Source: Candidatus Saccharibacteria bacterium QS_5_54_17
Lineage (GTDB): Bacteria > Patescibacteriota > Saccharimonadia > QS-5-54-17
Length of the DNA: 61,292 nt
NCBI GenBank assembly: GCA_003022365.1
Contig: PXOU01000013.1
Coordinates: 1 to 61,292 of the forward strand
Reading direction: 5' to 3'
The number at the start of each line of letters is the position of its first letter. The first letter of the stretch is position 1. Below, piece by piece: positions 26,114 to 36,134 of the stretch. A model generated the notes under the pieces. It had not been told where the DNA came from. It ran no database searches and saw only the letters and a list, made by a program, of their open reading frames with translations. The position numbers and the translations under genes were made by a program.

Positions 26114-28240
26114 ATGGGTAATATTATCCATCCGCTGGGTGGAGCTCAAGAAAAAGTCGAAACCCAGTTTCAAGGGAAAACATTATCGATCGAAACCGGC
26201 CAGATGGCATTTCTGGCCGATGGCGCGGTCACGGTTACCTACGGCGATACAGTGGTACTGGGAACGGCCGTGGTGGGCCACACCCCGCGTGAAGGGGCGG
26301 ACTTCTTCCCGCTGCTGATCGATTATGAAGAAAAAATGTATGCTTCGGGTAAGATTTCCGGCAGCCGTTTCATCAAGCGAGAGGGCCGGGCCAGTGACCA
26401 GGCTACCTTGGCGGCCCGGCTGATTGACCGGCCGATTCGCCCCTTGTTTCCCAAAGGTTACCGGAATGAAGTACAAGGAGTGGCAACCGTCCTGAGTACC
26501 GATATGCAGCACAGTACCGAAATTCTGGGTATGGCCGCTATTTCCAGCGCCTTGTCTTTGACCGGCGCGCCGTTCAAGGGTCCGATCGCCGGAGTAACCA
26601 TCGGTATGGTGGATAACGAGTTGGTCGTTTTCCCCGATACCCAGCAGATGGAGCAAAGCGACTTGAACCTAACCGTGGCCGGTACCCGGGAGGCCATCAT
26701 GATGGTGGAGGGCGGTGCCAACGAAGTGGATGAAGACACCATGCTTAAGGCCTTGAACTTAGCGCACGAATCCATCCAGCCCATCATTGATCTTCAGGAG
26801 CAATTGATGGAGAAAATCAAGCCGGAACCGGTGGAATACGAGTTGGCCGAAGAAGATCCTGAGCTGGAGCAGGCCATGGAGGAATTTTTGCGGGATAAAC
26901 TTGGTTCGGCCATCCGGCATGAGGACCACTGGGAACGGCATCGGGCCTTCAATAACCTGAAAGAAGCGGTGTTTGAACATTTCGCCAGTGAACATCCGGA
27001 TAAGTTCGAACGAGCTCACATCGAGGAATCCTTTGAAAAGGCCATCAAAGCCGAAATACGCCGATCGATCCTTCAGGAGCATACCCGTCCTGACAACCGG
27101 AAACCGGAGGAGATCCGTCCTTTAAGCTCCCGGGTCGGGCTATTGCCCCGAGTGCATGGGTCAGGACTGTTTACTCGCGGGGCGACGCAGGTGCTGAATA
27201 TTACCACTCTGGCGTCACCGGGCTACGCCCAGGTCATCGATACCATGGAAGAAGACGAGCGGAAACACTTCATGCACCACTATAACTTCCCCGGTTATTC
27301 GACCGGAGAAGTCAAACCGATGCGATCGCCGGGGCGTCGGGAGATCGGCCACGGCGCACTGGCCGAGCGGGCCTTGGAACCCATGATTCCGCCTCAAGAA
27401 GAATTTCCGTATGTAATCCGTTCCGTCTCGGAAGTGGTGACCAGTAACGGTTCGACGTCCATGGCCAGCGTCTGCGGGGGAACTATGAGCTTAATGGATG
27501 CCGGCGTGCCCATAAAGCGGCCGGTGTCCGGTATCGCCATGGGGCTGATGATGGGCGAGGACGGCGAGTACGAGATTCTCTCCGACATCATCGGTGGCGA
27601 GGATTTTTCCGGTGACATGGACTTCAAAGTGGCCGGAACCAGTAACGGCATCACGGCGGTCCAGATGGACATCAAGATCGAAGGCATTACGTCAGAGATT
27701 ATGGAAAAGGCGTTAGCCCAAGCCCAGACCGGCCGGGCGCATATCCTAAACCACATGCTGGAGACGATCGCCGAACCCCGGAGCGATTTAAGCAGCCGGG
27801 CACCGCGCATCGTCCAGCACCGGATCGATCCGGACAAAATCCGCGATGTCATCGGTAAAGGCGGCGAGACCATTAACAAGCTGATTGAGGAAACCGGCGC
27901 CCAGATCGACATTGAAGATGACGGTTTGGTCTACATTGCCGCTGAGCAGGGCAACGCCGAAGGCGCCCAGCAGGCGCTGGAGCGGGTCAAAGCGCTGACG
28001 ACGGAACCGGAAGTCGGGGAAATATACGAGGGCAAAGTGGTGCGGTTGATGGAATACGGCGCCTTCGTGGAAATTATGCCCGGCAAGGACGGCTTGCTGC
28101 ACATTTCCGAACTGAACGAGGGCCACGTGGACGATATCAACGACGAACTCTCCGAAGGAGATACGGTCAAAGTCAAGTTGATTTCCATCGATGACATGGG
28201 CCGGCTGAAGTTGAGCAGGAAAGCAGTAGAAGATAAGTAG
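26114..28240 (+). CDS. pnp: Polyribonucleotide nucleotidyltransferase (PNPase)
   Basis: Two RNase PH domains plus KH (IGKGGETINKL) and S1 (GKVVRLMEYGAFVEI). I take the start at ATG 26114, after AAAGGAG. Confidence 0.95.
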   Translation: MGNIIHPLGGAQEKVETQFQGKTLSIETGQMAFLADGAVTVTYGDTVVLGTAVVGHTPREGADFFPLLIDYEEKMYASGKISGSRFIKREGRASDQATLAARLIDRPIRPLFPKGYRNEVQGVATVLSTDMQHSTEILGMAAISSALSLTGAPFKGPIAGVTIGMVDNELVVFPDTQQMEQSDLNLTVAGTREAIMMVEGGANEVDEDTMLKALNLAHESIQPIIDLQEQLMEKIKPEPVEYELAEEDPELEQAMEEFLRDKLGSAIRHEDHWERHRAFNNLKEAVFEHFASEHPDKFERAHIEESFEKAIKAEIRRSILQEHTRPDNRKPEEIRPLSSRVGLLPRVHGSGLFTRGATQVLNITTLASPGYAQVIDTMEEDERKHFMHHYNFPGYSTGEVKPMRSPGRREIGHGALAERALEPMIPPQEEFPYVIRSVSEVVTSNGSTSMASVCGGTMSLMDAGVPIKRPVSGIAMGLMMGEDGEYEILSDIIGGEDFSGDMDFKVAGTSNGITAVQMDIKIEGITSEIMEKALAQAQTGRAHILNHMLETIAEPRSDLSSRAPRIVQHRIDPDKIRDVIGKGGETINKLIEETGAQIDIEDDGLVYIAAEQGNAEGAQQALERVKALTTEPEVGEIYEGKVVRLMEYGAFVEIMPGKDGLLHISELNEGHVDDINDELSEGDTVKVKLISIDDMGRLKLSRKAVEDK

Positions 28241-28710
28241 CTATGCAATTTACAATTCACAGTTCACAATTCACAATGAATTTTCAATTTACAATAACAG
28301 ACCATGAAACAGGATAACTACGATTTAGAGGAGCGAATGTTAGATTTTGGAGCTAGAGTCGTTAAGCACTGTTCCGGACTTAGAGATTATGAAATGGTAA
28401 ATATTACAGCACAACTCATACGATCCGCTACCAGTATTGGTGCCAATTACTGTGAAGCCAATAATGCCGCGTCAAAGCAAGATTTCCGCAGCAAGATATT
28501 TATTGCCAAAAAGGAAGCTGCCGAAACCAAGTATTGGTTGAAGATGTTAAAACGCCTCGGGGACGAAAGCTCGGAAAGAGACGTGCTCGAACAGGAAAGT
28601 CAGGAGCTTTTGATGATACTTCAGAAAATAGTCAACACTATGAGACAGAAGTCTGCTAAGTGAAAATTGAGAATTTAATGAAAATTGTAAATTGGAAACT
28701 GTAAATTGAA
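28241..28710. mobile_element. Low-GC cassette carrying a four-helix-bundle gene, bracketed by inverted AT-rich 11-mers
   Basis: CAATTTACAAT occurs at 28246 and 28285. Its reverse complement ATTGTAAATTG is at 28684, with a partial copy at 28701. The interior is visibly AT-rich between the GC-rich pnp and UDG genes. Confidence 0.35.
28304..28663 (+). CDS. Four-helix-bundle protein (23S rRNA intervening-sequence protein family)
   Basis: 119 aa. QLIRSATSIGANYCEA...FIAKKEAAETKYWLKML matches the family signature. Confidence 0.8.
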   Translation: MKQDNYDLEERMLDFGARVVKHCSGLRDYEMVNITAQLIRSATSIGANYCEANNAASKQDFRSKIFIAKKEAAETKYWLKMLKRLGDESSERDVLEQESQELLMILQKIVNTMRQKSAK

Positions 28711-29296
28711 TACCAGCAAGCAGCGACGACTTGATAAGATAGCCCAAGATATTACCCGAAACAATATCTGCCCGGAATTAGCGGAAAATGCTACCCAGCT
28801 GGTGTTCGGCGATGGCAACCCGGACGCGGACATTGTCTTTATCGGCGAAGGCCCGGGCAAAAACGAAGACCAGCAAGGCCGGCCGTTTGTCGGTGCGGCA
28901 GGCAAGTTCCTGGATGAAATGCTGGAGCAGATCGATATGGACCGGAGTGAGGTCTACATTACCAACATCATCAAGTACCGGCCGCCGGACAATCGCGACC
29001 CCCGACCGGATGAGATCAACGCCTTTATGCCGTACCTGCTGGAGCAGATCGAGGTCATCGAACCCCAACTGATCGCCACCCTGGGGCGGTTTTCCATGAA
29101 CGTATTTCTGCCTGACCTGAAAATCAGCCAAGTGCACGGAGAGCCCAAGCGGGTCAAAGGACGGGTATTCCTGCCCATGTACCATCCGGCGGCCGCCCTG
29201 TATAACGGCGACCAGCGGACGATGCTGATGGACGATTTCGCCAAAATTCCCAGCGTACTGGAGAAGATTAATGAGGAAGCGCAAACTCATCGGTAA
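28706..29296 (+). CDS. Uracil-DNA glycosylase, family 4
   Basis: FIGEGPGKNEDQQGRPFVGAAGKFL and the later HPAAALY motif. The TTG start lies inside the right AT-rich arm of the upstream cassette. Confidence 0.85.
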   Translation: MNTSKQRRLDKIAQDITRNNICPELAENATQLVFGDGNPDADIVFIGEGPGKNEDQQGRPFVGAAGKFLDEMLEQIDMDRSEVYITNIIKYRPPDNRDPRPDEINAFMPYLLEQIEVIEPQLIATLGRFSMNVFLPDLKISQVHGEPKRVKGRVFLPMYHPAAALYNGDQRTMLMDDFAKIPSVLEKINEEAQTHR

Positions 29297-29406
29297 TATA
29301 ATTAGGCCATTCTCCCGGCTTGAACTACGGGCGAGAGCGGACCGGTTGATGGCCGGAACCAGTTTCCGGATCTCGTGATCCAAACTATAGAAAGGAGTAA
29401 CAACAT

Positions 29407-31440
29407 ATGAGCAATAACAGTAACAACAGCAACAGCAACAACCATAATTCAGGCGCCAAAAAAGCCCATAACGGCCGGAAGAACGCCCACGAGGCGACTC
29501 GGCAGACCCGTCGCAACCAGGATGACGCCCAACGCCGGGCCGGTTTCGACGATGTGGTGACCGATGCCGATAAGGCCCGCATGGCCATGAAAGCCAAGCA
29601 GGCCAACCAGCTGCATAACGGCGAGCAGAAACTGCGCGTGATTCCCATCGGTGGACAGGATGGCGTCGGCGACAAAAACATGGCCATCATTGAGTACGGT
29701 GATGACGCCATCGTGGTTGACGCCGGATTCAACCTGAGCGTTGATTTACCCGGGATCAACTACACCATTCCCGACTCCACCTACCTGGAAGCCATCCAGC
29801 ACAAACTCCGTGCCTATGTATTTACCCATGGGCACCTGGATCACATCGGGGCGACTCCATACATCATCCCCCAATTCCCAGCGCCGGTGTATGGCTCGCA
29901 ATTCACCGTCGGCATGGTCCAGAAACAGATCGAGGATGCCGATATCGAAACCGATTTTACCCCTGAGACCGTGCCCATGAACATCGACAACCACGAACGG
30001 TTGAAGATCGGGCCGTTCTTCATCGAGATGATACGGGTCACCCATTCGATACCCGACTCCTGTGCGGTTGCCATCGATACGCCGGTGGGCCGGATTCTGC
30101 ATACCGGCGACTTCCGGCTTGATCCGGAACCACTGGACAACAGCCCCACCGATCTTGACCGCGTCAAAGAGTTGGCCCGGGACGGCATCATGCTGCTGAT
30201 GACCGAGAGTACCAACAGTGAATCTCCCGGCCGGACGCCGACTGAACACACCCTCCAGCAGAGTTTCCACGACATACTGCACCAGTCACCGGGCCGGGTG
30301 CTCATCTCCAGCTTTTCCACCAACATCAACCGCATACAGATGATCGTCAATGGAGCGGTCGAGAGCGGGCGTAAAGTAGCCATCGATGGCCGGAGCATGT
30401 TGGCGTGTGTCGAGTTGGCCGTAAAACTGGGTTACATCAAAATCCCCAAAGGCACCCTGGTCGCCATGAAAGATCTGGCCAGCCTCCAGGACCAGGAAGT
30501 AGCCATTGTTTGTACCGGTTCGCAAGGAGAACCCAACGCGGCGCTGGAGCGCATCGGCATGGGTGATCACACCTACATCACGCTCAAAACAAGTGACACT
30601 GTGGTGTTGAGTTCCAGCCCCATTCCCGGCAAAGAAGTCTCAGTCATGGAAAGCGTTGATAGATTAATGCGGGCCGGGGCGACCGTATTGCGGCACCGGA
30701 CGCATGAAATCGATGGGTGCGGGCCGTTGCACGTCTCCGGCCACGGGAACCGTGATGAACAACGGGAAATGTTGGAGCTCACCCGCCCCGATTACGTCAT
30801 GCCCAACCACGGACCGTTCGTCCACCGGCAACGCTACAGGGAGATAGCGCTGGAAGCCGGCATCGATCCGGATAAGGTAACCTTGGTAGACAACGGCGAC
30901 ATACTGGAGTTTAACCAGGAGGGAAAATTACGCCAGCAAGACTCGATTCCCACGGGTTCGCTGCTAATCGATCAAACCGGCACTTTGGTCCCCAATCTGG
31001 TCATCAAAGACCGGCTTTTGATGAGCGAGGAAGGCATCGTGGTGGTGGTTTTGACCATCGACAAAAAGAGCAAGCAGCTTTTGAGTAGTCCCGATATCAT
31101 TTCCCGGGGGTTCCTCCATATGCAGGAGAACGCCGAGCTGATAGATAATTTGCGCCAATCGTTGCGCGAATTTACCCAGCAGCAGATCAAACGGCTGGAG
31201 ATCAAAGAGTTCAAACAACAGCTCCGCGATGAAGTGAACAACTTCCTGTATCAGCACACCCAGCGAGCGGCGGTCATCATACCGGTCGTTAATGTGGTGG
31301 GGTCCGGGTCCGGAAGTGGCGGCGGCAAACAACAGCCAAATCGCCGCCCGCCAGGCAAACAATCCAAGCCCCAGCAGAAACAACAACAGAAACAACAAGA
31401 CAAACAGCAGGCCAACCCGTCCCGGAAGGGCAGGAACTAA
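29407..31440 (+). CDS. rnj: Ribonuclease J
   Basis: Metallo-beta-lactamase motif FTHGHLDHIG, a beta-CASP region, then HVSGHG. The termini are low-complexity: Asn/Ser-rich at the N-terminus and Gln/Lys-rich at the C-terminus. Confidence 0.9.
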   Translation: MSNNSNNSNSNNHNSGAKKAHNGRKNAHEATRQTRRNQDDAQRRAGFDDVVTDADKARMAMKAKQANQLHNGEQKLRVIPIGGQDGVGDKNMAIIEYGDDAIVVDAGFNLSVDLPGINYTIPDSTYLEAIQHKLRAYVFTHGHLDHIGATPYIIPQFPAPVYGSQFTVGMVQKQIEDADIETDFTPETVPMNIDNHERLKIGPFFIEMIRVTHSIPDSCAVAIDTPVGRILHTGDFRLDPEPLDNSPTDLDRVKELARDGIMLLMTESTNSESPGRTPTEHTLQQSFHDILHQSPGRVLISSFSTNINRIQMIVNGAVESGRKVAIDGRSMLACVELAVKLGYIKIPKGTLVAMKDLASLQDQEVAIVCTGSQGEPNAALERIGMGDHTYITLKTSDTVVLSSSPIPGKEVSVMESVDRLMRAGATVLRHRTHEIDGCGPLHVSGHGNRDEQREMLELTRPDYVMPNHGPFVHRQRYREIALEAGIDPDKVTLVDNGDILEFNQEGKLRQQDSIPTGSLLIDQTGTLVPNLVIKDRLLMSEEGIVVVVLTIDKKSKQLLSSPDIISRGFLHMQENAELIDNLRQSLREFTQQQIKRLEIKEFKQQLRDEVNNFLYQHTQRAAVIIPVVNVVGSGSGSGGGKQQPNRRPPGKQSKPQQKQQQKQQDKQQANPSRKGRN

Positions 31441-31732
31441 AAGTAAGCAGAAAGAAGTAAGAAGCAAGTGGGAGTCAGTAGTCAGGAGACGGTAGACGGT
31501 AGACAGGGAACAAAAATTAAGAAGCAAGCAGCAGGAAGTAAGAAGTAAGTTTCGGAATCGACTTTGATCCTGAAATAAATTCAGGATGACAATAGGGGAA
31601 GATCCTGAAACAAGCCTGCCTGTCGGCAGACAGGTTCAGGATGACATCATCTTCAGGAATGACATATTCAGCAATGATATTTCGCCTGGGTTTTTGTTGC
31701 CGGGTTTTGATAATAAGCCGGGAGACTATACA
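31441..31732. repeat. Mosaic hairpin-repeat cluster 10
   Basis: Begins at the rnj stop with AAG-rich tracts and a reversed end-module core (GGAGACGGTAGACGGTAGACAGGGAA). Hairpins follow. It ends ...GCCGGGAGACTATAC. Confidence 0.85.
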
Positions 31733-31773
31733 CCCGTCTGTACCCGCTGCAGTCTAGGCTATATAATGGCGGT

Positions 31774-33927
31774 ATGGCCAAAAAGAAATCATCCGCCAAA
31801 AAGACCAAGTCCTCCAAGCAGTCCGCCAAACAGTCGGAATCCCGGCTGGCGCCCGGCGTAGGGCGCGAAGCGGTCGCCATCGGGGTGTTCGCCGTCGGCG
31901 TGTTATTGCTGCTGGCGATTTTCGGAGTCGGCGGCAGCCTGACCGAAGGGGTGGTATCCATGCTAGCCTGGCTCCTGGGGATGGTGGCCTTTCTTTTGCC
32001 GCTGTTGCTGATCTACACCGGCATCCGCATATTTTTTGCCCAAGACCGGACCATGCATTTGATCCATTACGCGGGTATGGCCCTGTTGCTGGCTTCCTTG
32101 GCCGGGCTGTTTACCATCATGGCGGCAGTGCCCGACTTTGCCGCCGCCCGTGCCGGCGTGGGCGGCGGGGTGATCGGCTACGTGGCGGGTAAAAGCCTGG
32201 CCGCCTTACTGAGCCCCATCGGTGCCGCCATTCTGCTGGTGGCTACCAGTGCCATCGGCGGGGTGTTAGCGGCCAATACCACCCTGCGGGAAATTGCCGG
32301 CGTGTTGCAATCACGGTTTCCCCGCGCCGGGAAACCTGCATCTGACGGGGAACGCTTTTCCAACCAACTCAACCAGGCGGAAGAGGCCAAAACGGGGAAT
32401 ATGCGCATCAATGCCAAGGTGCCGCTTGCCAAATCCAACGCGTCCGAGTCGGAAGCTTCATCGGAAGACGCTTCCCAGTCGGAGGTGCTGACCGCCAGCA
32501 ACGACCCGGAATGGACGCTTCCGGGCCTGGATTTACTGGAAGACAAACAAGGCAAAGCCAGCGCCGGTAACCCGGAAGAAAAAGCGGAAAATATACAGCA
32601 GACCCTGGCCAGCTTCGGGGTGGAAGTGGCCATGGATGAGGTGAATATCGGCCCCACGGTGACCCAATACACCCTTCGGCCGGCCAGCGGAGTGAAGCTG
32701 AATAAAATTACTGAGTTGGAACACAATCTCGCCCTGAACCTGGCCGCCCGGAGCCTGCGGGTGGAAGCCCCGATTCCGGGCAAAAGCGCAGTCGGCATCG
32801 AGGTCCCCAACGAAAAAACGGCCAGCGTGCGTATGCGGGAAATTCTGCAAACCGATGAATGGAAGAATGTAAAATCCCCTCTGGGCTTTACGCTGGGCCG
32901 CGGCGTCGCCGGCAGTACCGAGATTGCCGATCTGTCCAAAATGCCGCATATGCTGGTAGCCGGTGCCACGGGCTCGGGGAAGTCAGTCATGATCAATTCC
33001 TTCCTGCTGAGTCTGCTTTATCGGAATTCGCCGGCCGACTTGAAGCTGATTTTGGTCGACCCCAAACAGGTCGAACTTAGCCTGTATGCCGATATTCCAC
33101 ACCTTTTGAGCCCGGTCATCAGCGAACCTGAAAAGTGCATTTCGGCTTTGAAATGGGCCGTGGCGGAGATGGACCGCCGTTACAGCGTCTTCGCCGAATT
33201 AGGCAAGCGGAGCATCGATGAGTATAACGCCGGCGACAGCGGGGAACATATGCCCTACATCGTCATCGTCATCGATGAAATGGCCGATTTGATGATGTTA
33301 GCCGCTGCCGAGGTAGAAAGCCTGATCGTGCGCCTGGCCCAGAAAGCACGGGCGACCGGTATTCATCTGGTATTAGCCACCCAACGCCCCAGCGTCAACG
33401 TCATAACCGGACTCATCAAAGCCAACATACCGGCCCGGATCAGTTTCAGCACCGTCAGCCAGGTGGATTCCCGGACCATTCTCGACCAAGCCGGAGCCGA
33501 AAAGTTGCTCGGCAATGGCGATATGTTGTTCTCCGCACCTGACTTCATTAAGCCGCAGCGTATCCAGGGAACCTATGTGACCGAGAAGGAAATCCGCCAG
33601 GTGACCGACTATCTGCGCCAGGCCCAGGAGCCCCAATACAACGAAGACGTATTGAACCAACAAGTCAAGATAGGCGGAGGCGGTAACGCGGCCGGTGACG
33701 TTGAGGATGCCGAAGACGATCTTTTCATGGATGCCGCCAAACTGGTGGTGGAAACCGGCAAGGCGTCATCGTCGTTGATCCAGCGCCGGTTACGGGTGGG
33801 GTATTCCCGGGCGGCGCGTTTGCTGGATATGCTGGAAGAACACGGGGTCGTCTCCCCGCAGGATGGTTCCCGGCCCCGGGATGTTTTGATACGCGACGTA
33901 AGTGAATTAACTGATGAGGAAGCGTAA
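31774..33927 (+). CDS. ftsK: DNA translocase FtsK/SpoIIIE
   Basis: N-terminal TM segments, Walker A GATGSGKS, VIVIDEMADL, and a C-terminal gamma wHTH (SSSLIQRRLRVGYSRAARLLD). TATAAT (31762-31767) ends 6 nt before the ATG. Confidence 0.95.
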   Translation: MAKKKSSAKKTKSSKQSAKQSESRLAPGVGREAVAIGVFAVGVLLLLAIFGVGGSLTEGVVSMLAWLLGMVAFLLPLLLIYTGIRIFFAQDRTMHLIHYAGMALLLASLAGLFTIMAAVPDFAAARAGVGGGVIGYVAGKSLAALLSPIGAAILLVATSAIGGVLAANTTLREIAGVLQSRFPRAGKPASDGERFSNQLNQAEEAKTGNMRINAKVPLAKSNASESEASSEDASQSEVLTASNDPEWTLPGLDLLEDKQGKASAGNPEEKAENIQQTLASFGVEVAMDEVNIGPTVTQYTLRPASGVKLNKITELEHNLALNLAARSLRVEAPIPGKSAVGIEVPNEKTASVRMREILQTDEWKNVKSPLGFTLGRGVAGSTEIADLSKMPHMLVAGATGSGKSVMINSFLLSLLYRNSPADLKLILVDPKQVELSLYADIPHLLSPVISEPEKCISALKWAVAEMDRRYSVFAELGKRSIDEYNAGDSGEHMPYIVIVIDEMADLMMLAAAEVESLIVRLAQKARATGIHLVLATQRPSVNVITGLIKANIPARISFSTVSQVDSRTILDQAGAEKLLGNGDMLFSAPDFIKPQRIQGTYVTEKEIRQVTDYLRQAQEPQYNEDVLNQQVKIGGGGNAAGDVEDAEDDLFMDAAKLVVETGKASSSLIQRRLRVGYSRAARLLDMLEEHGVVSPQDGSRPRDVLIRDVSELTDEEA

Positions 33928-34573
33928 AACTGAGGGCCTGGGGGAGCTTTTATCCCGGACCCGGCAAGAATCCGGCAGGACCCAGGAGGAAGTTGCTGCC
34001 CAAGCGGGGGTAAGCACCCAGTTTGCCGCCGATGTGGAAGCGGGCCGATGCGAGGCTACACCCCAAGACGTGTATACACGGCACGGCATTCGACGCTACG
34101 CCGCTGAGCTAGGCGTGGAGGAGGCCGCGGGCCAAACTCGCTCCGCTCGGAAGCGGGGAACCCCCAGCGGGCCGGGATCCTTTTCCCGGCCTCGGCATAA
34201 TAGGTACAAGTTGGCGCCATTGGTCACCAGCAGTATCGCCAGGCGGGGGATTATCGGCTTGGTGGCGGCTATCGTGGTTATCTATATCGGCTACCAAGTT
34301 ATCACCAGCCTGTCCCAGCCGCCGCTTGAAGTCGCCTTCCCCCGGGAAAATCAAGTTATATACACCAACCAAATCGAACTGGTGGGGGTCACCGAACCGG
34401 GCAACACCATCGCCGTTGACGGCCAACCGGTGCCGGTGGCCGATGACGGTCATTTCCGCCATGTGTTGACGTTGCCGGAAGGCCGGCACAGCCTCAATGT
34501 AGAGGCGGAAAACGACTTGGGGCGGACATCACACCTCACCCGGCACTTTCGAATTGAAGATGAATCGGATTGA
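33914..34573 (+). CDS. XRE-type HTH membrane protein (RodZ-like topology)
   Basis: N-terminal HTH (LLSRTRQESGRTQEEVAAQAGVS), one TM, and a C-terminal beta-rich domain. It overlaps the ftsK stop by 14 nt. Confidence 0.6.
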   Translation: MRKRKTEGLGELLSRTRQESGRTQEEVAAQAGVSTQFAADVEAGRCEATPQDVYTRHGIRRYAAELGVEEAAGQTRSARKRGTPSGPGSFSRPRHNRYKLAPLVTSSIARRGIIGLVAAIVVIYIGYQVITSLSQPPLEVAFPRENQVIYTNQIELVGVTEPGNTIAVDGQPVPVADDGHFRHVLTLPEGRHSLNVEAENDLGRTSHLTRHFRIEDESD

Positions 34574-34708
34574 TGAAACCTCGGGCGGTTGCTAGGATGG
34601 GCGAGTAATATCAATAAACCTTTCTCCCCGCACTTTTGCCTACCCACCGCCGCGTGAGCGCGTAGTCAGAAGCGCTGTGGGGCTGGAGTCCATAGAAAGG
34701 AGTGTAGT

Positions 34709-35146
34709 ATGGGGACCTACGAAGTAGCCGTGGTGCTGCATCCGGATCTGGAAATTGATCCGGAAGCTCCCAAGTCCCGGGTCGAGGAATCTCTCTCGGG
34801 CGCCGGAGCGACCATCAAGAGCCGTGACGAATGGGGGAAGCGGAAGCTGGCTTACCCGATTGCCGGACAAACCTTCGGGATTTACATCTTTTACGTCATT
34901 CAGGTAGAAGGTGACCGGGTGGCTGATATAAAGCAAGCCCTGCAACTGAATGAGGAAGTCATCCGGCATATGGTGGTGACCCATGAAGCAAACGCCCAAC
35001 CCCGAGCGGGAGACGACCAGGAAGACGCCGAGGAAAACAGCAAAAAAGACAGCAAGGAAAACAGCCAGGAAAACAGCCAGGAAAACTCCGGGGATTCCCC
35101 GGCATACGAGCAAACAACGGAAAACGATACATCCCGGAAAAGCTAA
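34709..35146 (+). CDS. rpsF: 30S ribosomal protein S6
   Basis: YEVAVVLHPDLE...WGKRKLAYPI forms the core. An acidic, repetitive C-terminal extension of ~45 aa follows. Confidence 0.9.
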   Translation: MGTYEVAVVLHPDLEIDPEAPKSRVEESLSGAGATIKSRDEWGKRKLAYPIAGQTFGIYIFYVIQVEGDRVADIKQALQLNEEVIRHMVVTHEANAQPRAGDDQEDAEENSKKDSKENSQENSQENSGDSPAYEQTTENDTSRKS

Positions 35147-35219
35147 AATACACTCGGACCCGTGTGCTACCATAGGGGTAATCGGCAGTATTAGTTAAAC
35201 GAATGAAAGTAGAGGTGTT

Positions 35220-35693
35220 ATGGCACGGAGTTTTAACCAAGCGATCGTGGTCGGCAATTTAGCCCGGGATCCGGAGCTGCGGACCACTCAGAACGGCCGG
35301 TCGGTCACCTCGTTCGCGGTGGCGACCAACCGGGTATGGCAGGATCAAAACGGCGAAACCCAGGAACAGGCTGACTTCCACAACGTGGTTGCCTGGGCTA
35401 AACTGGCCGAGTTAGCCGACCAGTATTTAAGCAAGGGCCGGCGGGTGATGGTGGTCGGCCGCTTGCAGACCCGCTCCTGGGAAGACCAGGACGGCAAGAA
35501 AAATTACCGGACGGAGATCGTGGCCAACGAACTCAATTTCATGGACGGTCCCGGCGGCAGTAGCAGCGGCAGCGACGAGGCTTCTCAGGAGAAAACCGGA
35601 GACGACAGCGACCAATCGGATAAACAGAGTGAGAGCGACGTCCAGATCGAGGATCTCGACGATGATGTTGACCTCAACGAAGTACCGTTCTAA
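35220..35693 (+). CDS. ssb: Single-stranded DNA-binding protein
   Basis: OB fold (NQAIVVGNLARDPELRTT...FHNVVAW), a Gly/Ser linker, and an acidic tail ending DLNEVPF. Confidence 0.9.
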   Translation: MARSFNQAIVVGNLARDPELRTTQNGRSVTSFAVATNRVWQDQNGETQEQADFHNVVAWAKLAELADQYLSKGRRVMVVGRLQTRSWEDQDGKKNYRTEIVANELNFMDGPGGSSSGSDEASQEKTGDDSDQSDKQSESDVQIEDLDDDVDLNEVPF

Positions 35694-35814
35694 GTTCGGG
35701 TAACACTGGGAGCATGTTGGCGGGCGACCAAGAATTCGCGGGGTATCAGCTCGCAATCAGCTGAGTATAATATGAGGAAATAAAATCGGTAAGGCAATTG
35801 ATAAGGAGGTTACT

Positions 35815-36009
35815 ATGGTAAAACAGCAGCCCAAACGAGCCCGGGATTTCGACTACAAAGACGTCAAAACCCTGGGGCGGTATACGGATATGTTCGGGCA
35901 CATCGAGTCCCGCAAGAAAACCGGTTTGAACGAAAAACAACAACACCGGTTAGCCCGGGCGATCAAGCGCGCCCGCCATATCGGCTTATTGCCGTATTCC
36001 AACGAGTAA
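35815..36009 (+). CDS. rpsR: 30S ribosomal protein S18
   Basis: 64 aa. DYKDVKTLGRYT....RKKTGL..KQQHRLARAIKRARHIGLLPY is canonical S18. Confidence 0.9.
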   Translation: MVKQQPKRARDFDYKDVKTLGRYTDMFGHIESRKKTGLNEKQQHRLARAIKRARHIGLLPYSNE

Positions 36010-36134
36010 ATGCCAAATTTGCACCCCGGAACCCCAAAACAGCCCCCATATTCTAAGATCGCCGGTGCCGGAATAGGCAGACAGCGGTGATCCCGGGGTT
36101 TTTCGCTGCAGGCGGGTAATGAGGATTTTTCCAT

